Source: Eledone cirrhosa (Eukaryota). Taken from it: a stretch of DNA of 64,000 nucleotides. Shown piece by piece: positions 53,177-64,000 of the stretch. Under the pieces are notes generated by a model. That model was given only the letters and a program-made list of their open reading frames with translations. It was not told the DNA's origin and ran no database searches. Each line of letters begins with the position of its first letter. The first letter of the stretch is position 1. A program made the position numbers and the translations under genes. The stretch spans positions 97,464,001 through 97,528,000 of the forward strand of contig OZ024740.1 of NCBI GenBank assembly GCA_964016885.1, read 5' to 3'.

Positions 53177-55190
53177 TAAAATAACAGATTAAAATTTAAA
53201 CAAAGAGTCGCTGCTTTCACCCTTAACGGGATCTTCTGAAACTAACAAAGTCAATCTGTAAACGCGGAAGCGGATATTTCAAAAAACGTTAAAAACCGGA
53301 GGAAGGCAGGAAGACGATACTTTGGTTGGTGGAAACGTTCCCTTCACAAAACATACAGGTAATATATACTTACCTATGCAAATAAGTAATGGTATAAACA
53401 TAACATAAACTTAGCTACCACATCAAGGCGTAAAATATCCACGTATAGATCGTACTATCCGTTAGGGTATAATGTGGGGCTGTAATACAGGAAAGTTTGG
53501 TGCAATTTATGTTTACAAGCCGAAATTGCCTCAGATTTTTTGTTTAAGATGTGGTCTGTGGCGTAGAGTATTTCCAGGGCCTCAGCGGCGCAGAGGTCAC
53601 ATGGTCTTTTATTTCCGTTATACGATCTAGCCCTAGCTAGGATCTCCCAGTGAAACTGATATTGGGTGTGGTTGTCTTTTAGACTCCAGATATAAGCTGA
53701 AAGTGACGTCATATTCTTTCTTAGAGGGTAACGAAAAGAATGGGTATGTATGTAAATACGCTACTTGAATCTATTGGCGGTTAACCTTATGTAGGCCCTA
53801 GGGGACGTGGGTGTTTCAACCTTACATTTGTAGACAATTTTACTAGAGAGGCATTTCCCGGAAAGGGGGCAATCAACCCGATTCCTACATTACAGTTAGT
53901 ACTAACTACAGGGTTGCACGTGTTCCTACAGCTAGGTAGTTTAGCTAAATTTGAAGCTGTGATGTTATGTGCAAGGTTAGGAGTCGTAGACTAAGAAATT
54001 CTTATAGTATTTCTATTAAAAATGTTACTATATTTATGTGTAGGGGGAAAATGCTTCGTAATAAGGGAAAGAAAGATCTTAGCTAATGGTGTGGCCACCT
54101 CCATATTATATGGTGGGTTATACCATATAATGCGACGGGATCTATTTCTTCTAGGTCGATTCTCGTACTCTCTATATGCTACCTTATCGACAAATCCACT
54201 CCGAGCAAGAGCTTCATTGTAATAAGTGGAATGGTCGTTGAAAATATGCTTGTTAGTAGATAGACGGGAAAGCCTCAACGAAACGTTTCTTACCAAGTTC
54301 TTGGTTATGGTGGCAGGATGGTTGAAATGCTTACTTATGTAATTAAGCGTATCATTCGGCTTTCTATACGGGTAATACAAGCCATTCGATAAATTGAGGG
54401 TAACGTCGAGGTAATTAACGACCGAGGGGTAGGCCTCAACCTGTATAAAGAGGTTGAAGCCTTTAAAGAAGGCTGTGAGTTCTTTTCTGAACCTGTCGCA
54501 AGCACGAGGGTCGCACTTAGTCATGGTCAAAAGACCATCATCACGGTACAAACCACCGCCCGCGTTGGGGAATTCGTCCTTGATAGAGAAAAGAACTAAA
54601 AGGCCAATAAGATCAGTAACCTCCGCAGAATCGCTGGCGCCTATACTCACGTCGAATGAGGTACTATTGGATTTTTTAATCCAAATAGAGTCGTCGAAAT
54701 TAATCACCGAGTTACGGGCATTGAGTATGACATCAACTTCGAAATCCTTAACCACTGTGAGTGTTTTAGCGAAATTAATAACTCTAAGGAGAAGTGGTAA
54801 AGTGATGGAGGAGTAGTAATTATTGATGCCGAATTGGATAAAACGGTAATGTTCCTTGTTACATATGCCGTTGAACCAATCAATCACCTGAGAAGGAATT
54901 GTTCCACAGTGCAAGAGGGGCCAAACTTCTAATTTCAGGTATAATTCTATCAAGAATCGTTTTACTAAGTCTACCTAAATCGGACTTCGTAGGGTTAATA
55001 AGCCGAATAGAGGGGTTGTTCGGAAAATTGGATTTGTGATCCTTCAGGGTAAAGTGGGGAGAAATAGGGTCCAGAGGATCGGTCCGGTCCAGGATGTTGA
55101 GATCAGAGGTGATTTTAATCCCAGCATCGTTGATCTCATTGATGACGCATGATTAGTTTTACGGTAATCCTTAGTTACAGCATTATGTAG
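53173..55190 (-). mobile_element. 5'-truncated Penelope-like element, Naiad-like, with its 3' end in (TA)n
   Basis: PHFTLKDHK, GLYRDDGL, NYLDVTLNL, IIWYNPPY, KHFP..FNRNT, CNCR..CPL..C, IVYKC..YI, TSLSAYIW, CDLC, LNKKSE..CKH. This motif set resembles Naiad-clade PLEs (assignment from memory). Confidence 0.88.
53184..53259 (-). ncRNA. Hammerhead variant (CAGAAGA core) at the PLE 3' end
   Basis: Minus strand: acagattga ctttgtt agttt CAGAAGA t ccc gttaa ggg t GAAA gcag cgactct ttgt TT aaatt ttaatctgt. Confidence 0.68.
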
Positions 55191-55222
55191 TAGTTGATGG
55201 TAACTATTATTATTATTATTAT

Positions 55223-55267
<45 letters not shown>

Positions 55268-55274
<7 letters not shown>

Positions 55275-56112
55275 AATGATGAATTAGAAATAGAAGCCAT
55301 GAATATCCGTAATCAGTGGTCTGCTAGCCAACATAGGTATTTCTTCGCATTGCAGACCATATATCTCAGGCTAGGGCAGTACAATAACTAAATTAAGTTA
55401 TTGGGATAAAAAGAGTTGGGTGGAGAAAGTGAGACAGGTAAACAAACACGAATGGTGAGGCAACGTAAAGAGATGAAAACGTTTGAAAATCAAGTCAATA
55501 ATTCATTTTGAGCATAAGAACCTGCGAATATTGACGGGAAGGCAAAGACACATCTTTGCCGTGCGGTTGTGAGCGGGGAAAGAATCTCGTACGGTGTTGG
55601 GCGATGGAGGAAGTGAGAGAGAAGGTGAGAAGCAGAGAGTGAATGAGTGAAAGTGTGAGGAAGAGGCTAGCTTGAGAGAGCATGACTAGCACTTTCACTC
55701 ACTCACTCTCTGCAACTCACCCTCTCTCTCATTTCCTCCATCGTCTCACACCGTACGAGATTCTTTCCCCGCTCACATCCGCACAGCCAAGATATGTCTT
55801 TGCCGTCCCGTCAATATTCACAGGTTCTTATGTTCAAATGAACTATTGACTTGATTTTCTCATGTTTCCCTTTCTTTACGTTGCCTCACCATTCTTGTTT
55901 GTTTACCTGTCTCTCTTTCTCCACCCAACTCTTTTTATCCCAATAACTTAATTTAGTTATTGTATTGCCCTACCCGGAGGTATATGGTCTGTAATGCGAA
56001 GAAATACCTATGGTGGTTAGTAGACCACTGATGACGGATATTCCCGGCTTCCATTTATAATTCTTCATTTATTATATATATCATATGCAACAACACAGCT
56101 CGCCATCTTTCA

Positions 56113-56117
<5 letters not shown>
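55268..56117 (+). repeat. ~810-bp imperfect palindrome between (TA)n tracts
   Basis: Arms ~55268-55655 and ~55691-56076 are reverse complements with scattered mismatches; unique 3' tail at 56080-56117. Confidence 0.9.
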
Positions 56118-56175
<58 letters not shown>

Positions 56176-56177
<2 letters not shown>

Positions 56178-56580
56178 AAAATTAAGATAATCAAAATTAT
56201 GGGTGTCATGCCAGAAAGAGATGCGCCATATCACCCGTAAAAATAAGGTCTAAGGTTCTAACGAATAGGTCCGAGCATTTTATAATAACTAGAAATTGAT
56301 TAACATATAAATAAACATGAATAATCACAGGAGATAATTTTTACAAGAGTGTAAGCACACATAGCCAGGTAGGTTAATAAATAAAGATAACCAGAACTTA
56401 AAAAATAGATACCTTACAATATTAATCATATTGTAAGGTATCTATTTTTGAAGTTCTGGTTATCTTTATTTAGTTACCTACCTAGCTATGTGGGCTTACA
56501 CACTTGTAAAAATTATCTCCCGTGATTATTCATGATTATTCATGTTTATTTATATGTTAATCAATTTCTAGTTATTATAT
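56176..56580. repeat. ~300-bp palindrome (56281-56579) plus left tail, between (TA)n tracts
   Basis: Centre ccttacaatat taatc atattgtaagg; arms traceable out to tataataactagaaattg/caatttctagttattata. Confidence 0.88.
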
Positions 56581-56683
56581 ATATATACATAGTAATAATA
56601 ACACATGTGAAGACTAAAATCCGAAAAGGGCTCCATAAGGATAAATATATATCAAATATATGAAAAGCATAGAGCAAATATGC

Positions 56684-56992
56684 ATTAAAATAACAGATTA
56701 AAGTTTAATAAAAGAATTGCTGTTTTCACCCTTAACAGGGTCTTCTGAAACTAAAAAAAAATCAATCTCATCGCTCCACATAACGACGGATTAACTTCGC
56801 TTTTTTCCGTTCTTTGCCAGGGAACGTCTTCAAGAACCAAAGTATCGTCTTCCTGTTTTCCTTCGGTTGCAACGTGTTTCGAAATATTTACTTCTGCGTT
56901 CACAGATTGAATTTTTTTAGTTTCAGAAGATCCCGTTAAGGGGGAAAGCAACGATTCTTTGCTTAAACTTTAATCTGTTATTTTAATATATA
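56684..56992 (+). mobile_element. Isolated 3' terminus of the Naiad-like PLE with a short inverted copy; HHR at 56902-56978
   Basis: 56820-56988 is the reverse complement of 53175-53342. 56684-56768 is an inverted copy of the terminal ~85 nt. Confidence 0.85.
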
Positions 56993-57252
56993 TATTCTAT
57001 AACCACCCTCCTCCATTTCATACACTATCCTTAGAATGTGCTGTATACATATCACTTTCAACGCCTGTCCGCTCCACTCACTCCCTTATTGTTCTCGAGC
57101 CACCCCTACCTTCCACCAAATGCCATGTTATACTTATTTGTGTTTAAAACACATTTTAACCAATCCTCTTGACAACTACAATCTTCCCATATAAGGAAGT
57201 ACCCCCTTGTCAAGTTCGGCTATTTATTCACCAGGCTAAAAATTCTAATTTA

Positions 57253-57388
57253 GTCCAGAAATAGCCGTCGAAAAGGCTTGAGCTCTGCCGTCGCGGTCAT
57301 ACTTTTTCCTATTTCCCACTCTACTACCCTAAATATTAAGTACTCTGGTGCGTTATGGTCCATTTGGTTCCTTACCACAATTCCTTTG

Positions 57389-57459
<71 letters not shown>

Positions 57460-57644
57460 TATATATACTGTATATATATATATATATATATATATAAGTG
57501 TGTAAGGAACCAGGGGGACCATAACGCACCAGAATATTCAATACTTAGGGTAGTAGAGTGGGTAATAGGAAAATGTTCAAGACCAACGACGGCAGAGCTC
57601 AAGCAGTTTCGACAGTTATTTCTGGACCCAATCTTGAACATTTT

Positions 57645-57650
<6 letters not shown>
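57253..57650. mobile_element. Two tail-to-tail copies of the 23734 family around one (TA)n tract
   Basis: 57253-57390 (+) and 57497-57628 (-) share cccactctactacccta..ggtgcgttatggtcc..ggttccttac. Confidence 0.8.
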
Positions 57651-57690
<40 letters not shown>

Positions 57691-57850
57691 TTTTATTAAG
57701 TACGTCTTGTTACACTGGAGTTTCACCTTTATCAAATGGATATTTACACTCTCTTTCCGTATAGAGTACTCTTTTCTCGCAGCCATTAACTATACACGCA
57801 CACACTCAAACATATATATATGAATGTATGTATGTGTATATGTATATATA

Positions 57851-57947
57851 TAGGGTGTCCCAAAAATGAATACACACATTGATTACCTGTACAGGCAATA
57901 TTTATTAGAATGTTGTCGAAGTGTGTATACATTTTTGAAGGACACTT

Positions 57948-57949
<2 letters not shown>
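57851..57949. mobile_element. ~100-bp Tc1/mariner-type MITE
   Basis: TIRs agggtgtcc-caaaaatgaatacacac / gtgtgtatacatttttgaaggacacttt, flanked by TA. Confidence 0.65.
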
Positions 57950-58023
<74 letters not shown>

Positions 58024-60531
58024 ATTGCTTTCTGGTTTGTGGAATAAACATACTATAGAGGAACTGTGTTTTGTGTTACTAAAATATTTGTTATTCATAG
58101 TGACTGTTTACTTCGAGGTTTCACTGAAGTATGATTTCTCTAAATAATTTGACTGATCAAATCAAACTGTTTTCATAAGGTGGTCCTTCACTGAAACTTG
58201 ACATAAACATTTTATACACACACATATACACATATACTATATATATATATACACATATATAGCAAAAGAAAAATAACAAATTATAGTCTTACTAAGAAAT
58301 TTAACAAAAAAACACTAAACAATTAAAATATTTTGCCACAGAAGAAATTAAAGCACATTTTGTTCAGATAAAACTAATTTTTTATTTTGTAAAGAGAAAA
58401 AAAATGAATATTTTTTTCAAGCAGAGAAGCCAAATTAAATTGTTCACTTTGCCCAGACAGTGTTCATGAAATTATTAATATAAACTATTTTAGTACATTT
58501 TTATTAATATTTTGTTTTTCTTAAGGGTACAAGACAAAAATGTCTAAAATAGCACCTAGAGCAATCACGTTTCTGTAAACATAATTTCCTGTGTACAAAT
58601 AAGTCACTATGATAACAGACTTTTTTTTTTTAGAGAAAACAACCCACCCTGGTGGTTGATTGTCATAATTCCAAAACCAAATACATGTTGCTTATAGACT
58701 GGCTATATCTATCTGTCTATTAAGTGCAAATTATTCAATAAACATGATTGAGTGTTTGGATGTGTACTGCACAGTGGATGCATAGATGATTGGATTGCAG
58801 GAGAGACAAAGGAAATGATTGATTAAAAGAAGAATGGCTGCCATACATATTTCTTCAAAATGCCAATTTATCTCTTTTCTAATTGTATTTCTAATGAATT
58901 ACACAGTATTCTAATTAATTAATGAAGAATTTGGAGGGATTTGCTAAAATTATTGATTCATTTTAAATATATTTGTAAAAATTTGCTTATATTTAATTAT
59001 ATTGGAAGATTTTATGTTAAATAGTAGCTCTTTAAAATAGGTGCTTCAATTTCATAGAACTAGAGGTGTTTGGAGGCATTTTGGTATCATGTTAATTATA
59101 TGTCAACATTAAGGAAATCAATTGCTGCAACAACAGCATATATAAATAAATAAAATAAAGTAGAAAAAACTTTAAGAAAAACAACATAAAAAATATGATG
59201 CGTAACAGATGACCTTCAAAGATGGAGCATAGACCAACAATATATATTTGAAAGTGATGCTTTCTTGGAACAATATTATTAACTCTATTAAGACCATATT
59301 CTCAAAGAAAATCATTGCTTAAGTAGTTCCAATACATTAAAGAATAAGAAGGCTTTGCTGAAACAAGATTTTTCATTATGAAACTGGTGTTTGGAACTTA
59401 ATTTCACACAATATTCTTACATAAAATTATAATGGAATATTTGAATTTATATATGTGTGGAAGCCTGTCAGATCATATCTATTCCTGAGTGTTACACTTA
59501 ATCTGTTGCCTGTTTTAACTCCACAACCTTTGAGTGTTTTAATTGGCATTTGCAAGCATTGAGGCCAGCTCTCTAGTCTAAAGGTATTGTCCTCTATACA
59601 TCATACCTGTCACAAAAGCCCTGAAAAGGGTTATGGGCATTATGCTTCTTTCTCTCTCCACGGTATTTAAAAATATGAATATATTAAAACAAGTGGATTT
59701 AAATCTTAAAACCAATAGTGATCACAAGTCTTAATAATTCTCTCAATCCCCAAATTAAATGTATTGTGCATGTTTAATGCTATTCTTATACATTTTTGGT
59801 CCCTCATTCAGTAGTCAGTTTTATTTGTCATCTTTACAAGTCAATTGTGAAGTACCAGTTATATGCTATTTTTGTTCACACAAGAATACTTGTTGAGTAT
59901 ATATAGCTATGTAATGATTTTCCTGAAGATGGACAAAATATAGTGGATAAATATGATATGTATCATGATCATGATGACAAAATATGTAATAGAAGAGAAT
60001 GATGATGATGGTGATGATGATATTGCCTTTCTTTATTTCAGGGATGGTAAAATACTGGGGTCTTTGTAATCATCTAATCCCCAACAAAATTTGTGGTGTC
60101 TTGCCTATGCCAGAAATGATTATTATTACTATAATCCTTATAAAATATCTTTCGACATTAAGTTCTGAGTTCAAATCTCACTAAAGACAACTTAGCTTGT
60201 CATGATTTAGACGAAAAAAAAAATGGCATTGAACTTTTATAGTTATATGTTGACTAGGGTAAGGTGAAAGAATAATATTACAAAATGACAAGATATCAAA
60301 ATGATGGTATAATAAAAGAGACAATAGATGTCTTGTTGCAGGGTTTAGGTTTTAATATTTAAAAGTACTGACAGTTGATGTGACAGAGATAGGTAAATAT
60401 TTAAAGAGACAGACACACACATAGGTAGACAGGTGGATAGTTGGAGAATTGGATAGACACAAATATACAGAAACACTCACACTCACTTATGTATATAGAC
60501 AAAATGGATGGAGATAGCTAAATGGATGGAG

Positions 60532-60606
<75 letters not shown>

Positions 60607-60997
60607 AGAGAGAGATTGGCAGTCAGTTAGTGGAAATAGAGAGTATGATAATATGTCTCTGAATATAACTAATTTGTCAATGGGTATTGGCCAAACTTAT
60701 GTATGTATAAGTTATATAAGCCAATATTGTTACAGACTTCCATACTCTCAAACAAACCCCTTTTAATATTAAAAGACTTATCTGTGTCAGACCCTTTTCC
60801 CCTAGATTTGTCCTTATGAAAGAGTAGAATTGTTTTCTTGTGTGTATCCTTTATACCAATGTAGCTATACAGCTCAGGAAATTTCTAGGGCCTTATATGT
60901 GGTTTAAGTATAGAGAGATACACATTTATTAAGTCATGTTATGTGAATCTAGTGTTATGTTTGTGACCTATGATATTAAATGATCTACTACTACATT

Positions 60998-61099
60998 AAT
61001 TGTTTCTACTTTAGGCACAAGGCCAGCAATTACCCAGTGCATTACTGGTACTTTATTTTATCGACCCCGTAAGGATGAAAGGCAAAGTCAACCTCGGTG
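60998..61099 (-). mobile_element. 5'-truncated SINE with a 20-bp TSD
   Basis: Reverse complement of the 3' half of the 23163/29538 SINE. TSD tgatctactactacattaat at 60981-61000 and 61098-61117. Confidence 0.88.
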
Positions 61100-62140
61100 A
61101 TCTACTACTACATTAATATCATCTCACTATATAGTTTTTGTGTGATGTTTGCTGGTAGCAATTGTATATGTAAGATGCTGTGATATTTGTATAAACATTC
61201 CATCCTGCCTGAGAAGACAAGTGTTTACAAAGATTCTTTGGAGCTCTTAATGTCTGAAAGGAGGTTATATTTAAGAAGATTGTAGGACTAACATAACTTG
61301 AGGTTGGGTATTAAATTTAGAATGATGGCTCCAAACATTTCAAAGCCCTTGCCGTCTGGGGAAATGCAGTACATTCTATGTCATACTGCTCTGTATTCTT
61401 TTTCACATTTAAGTATTTCATTTCATTTGTATAGTTAGGCCCTCAGTTTTATTCCATGATCTTCCAGTATATCATCTTTTGGATGGTATAGTAGTATTTT
61501 TAGTGAAATAGTCAGGTGATATAAATTGATGTTTTATTTTTGTGCTTATAATATAAAGAGCACTCCCATGCATAGGATGTTTTTACATTTCAAAATAAGC
61601 TTCTACTAATTGTAGGAACATATGTAACATGTTTTGTGGGTAAACATATAAGTAACAACATTATTCGGTGCTGTAATATCAAGTTAAATCTATTTTAGGT
61701 GAAAGCAGAAAAATTATAAGAGGTTTATAATGAAATTTGCTTCATTTGCATTTGTTTATATATTCAACTTTATTAAATTATGAATGTGCCTGCATGCGTG
61801 TGTGTGTGTGTTTGTGTGTGTGTATGTCTCTGTGCGTACAAGCTTTAAACTTCATACTGTTATTATGATTAAAAAAAGGGGGAAACAACATTTCTACTAT
61901 CTATGAGTTTCATTTTGTCATAGTGTACCTTAGCATATCACATATTTCTATTTTTAGTCATTTATATTTTTCTCCCCACCACTATCACCATTTGAATCAA
62001 ATCCAAAGTGGACTTACCATGAAAAGCCTAAATGTTAAATGCAATATGCTTGCGCTGCAAAAGCAACAGGGCATATAAACTCACATACACATGAAATAAA
62101 TTCTATTGTAAACATTTTAAAACTTTCATGAGTCTAATTA

Positions 62141-62208
<68 letters not shown>

Positions 62209-63259
62209 ATGTGTGATAAGTAAATTGAAAATAACACTGCAAAACAATGCAGTACATTCAAGATATATATATTAGTTTAATACTTGATATAATAGAAAAA
62301 GAGTTTTAATATTTTGGGTGTTAGTCCTTCATCAGACAGACGATTGAATGAGAAATAAAAGAGGAAATAGAAAGATAGTAGAAAGTGAGAAGAGAAAGAA
62401 ACAAAAAAATGTTGAAGGGAGTAACAACATGTGTGGTCAGAATATGTCTTGGATATTACAGAGATGTTTAATGAGAGAAAATCATTTTGTATTTCGAGTG
62501 GACATGTGGATGTGTGAGTGTATGTATGTGCGTTTTTGTTTGTGCAAAACTATGAGTAATTGTAGACGTCTGACTGCACATGCATGCGTAAGCTGACAAA
62601 CATAAGGAGTGATAGTGGGTAACCAGTCAGGTAGATATATAGGTGTACATATGTGCACATATTATCATCCAGTTACTCTGCTAGCAAGGTTTGGACAGGT
62701 CATCACAGACTGTCTCAATACAAAACCAGGTCAACTGACCTCCTACATAAGTCAAGGGTCTGCATCCCATTTACATACAGTCCCATATGTATGTGTGTGT
62801 GAGTGATCATCATTATCAACCACACAAGCTTTGCTTTGTTATGGGTCTTAGCTTGCTGTTTATTATGTTATTTTAGTGTTTGTGTTATTTTAGTGCATGT
62901 TCAATGTCAGCTGTAATTTTATTGTGTGGCAAAGGCTCCTTAAGTGTTGTGTAATCGGTGATGTGTTTCAGTCTAGTGTATGGCTTATGATGTATTAATG
63001 AGTTGTTGCTATCTAACATCTTATATCAGTTATTGGTGTTGCAATGTCAGATATTGATTATGTAAGAACAGATGATGTGTTATTTTAAAGGGTGTATGTT
63101 GGGTGTCGAAACTACATTATTTGAGTTGTGCTATTGAATCAATATGTTGTGTCAGGTGTGGACTCTTTTTAACAGAGCTATTCTTTGGACACTGTGTAGC
63201 ATAGTGAACCATGGTATGGCTTATATGCTTTTGCTTATATATATTTTTAATAATAATTT

Positions 63260-63925
63260 GTGCTCCAATTGTTATTGGCACATTTTTTTTACCTTCAGGC
63301 CTAACATCTAGTTTATTTTGCTTTTGAGATTCTTGTATTTTGGTTGAATGTTTCTTACTTCATTTCAGGTAATATTTTGGCCTGAAGAAATCACAATGTC
63401 TATCAGTTTGCATGTTTTATTTTATTTTCAAATTTTTCAATTCTTTGATTATCAGATCTGGGCAGTTTGCTATTATCTCCAGACCAATATGGAGAGGCAT
63501 GTCTCTGATAACGGAGACTAGGTCATTGTTATGTACCATGTTTGGTATGTGTTTATACCACTTCTTGTTGACTTGTGTGTTTACACAGTGACATGTTGGC
63601 ATATTACGCAGTGGATATAGCTGCTGATTCAATCATTTCTGTGTAAATATTCAGACTTGGCAAGGACTAGGCAGCTGAGAATGATGCTTGGAATTGTCTC
63701 CTCATTGTGATGGTTACTGAGTCTGCATCTGATGTTAGAATTAGTTTTTATCTTACTTTTGTAATTGATTACAGCCAATTATTATTATTATTATTATTGT
63801 TATTGTTATTCCTTGAATCTCAGTCATTGATGTTGGTTAACTGGAAAGTCCGTTGGATTGAATATCAAGCCACTACCTGCAGCCTCAGATATTCAGGACG
63901 TATCGGAGGGTTCTTGCCATTCCAA

Positions 63926-63984
<59 letters not shown>

Positions 63985-64000
63985 TTTGAGTCTCAGTCAT
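63260..64000 (-). mobile_element. Degenerate Dong-type RLE fragment plus two 3'-UTR fragments separated by (TTA)n
   Basis: Minus strand CRL..EETIPSII..C..EYLHRND, KWYKHIP, NCPDLIIK (63260-63778). 63812-63925 and 63983-64000 are the reverse complement of the 3' UTR at 40220-40320. Confidence 0.75.

Noticed and set aside
53455-54000. Selenocysteine recoding, as reported for some Naiad PLEs
   Set aside because: The in-frame stops I read are TAG at Tyr/Glu-like positions, not TGA at Cys positions, and a frameshift is also present.
62300-62345. Minus-strand CTGATGA motif near (TA)n
   Set aside because: GAAA is missing and the stems do not close.

Overview
AT-rich, repeat-dominated animal genomic DNA with no recognisable host gene. 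The SINEs and microsatellite load resemble an octopus or other coleoid mollusc (inference from memory, not searched). Bases 1-12480 are a near-homogeneous 310-bp tandem array: ~37.4 units, then ~2.9 inverted units ending in (TA)n. Each complete unit contains a minimal type-I hammerhead ribozyme (HHR) in a 16-bp extended stem I, so this looks like a ribozyme-bearing satellite or non-LTR retrozyme array with 40 HHRs. The rest is decayed retroelements: RTE LINEs (with an embedded PHD-like finger), Penelope-like elements (PLEs; Neptune-like and Naiad-like), an R4/Dong-type RLE element with stacked 3' fragments, tRNA-derived SINEs, a Helitron remnant and MITEs. About ten (TA)n-associated fold-back palindromes also occur; most carry further HHRs, including core variants (U4A, U4C, G8A), half-HHRs broken at stem II, and a candidate non-circularly permuted HHR. 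All RNA structures were paired by eye; none has been computed or tested.
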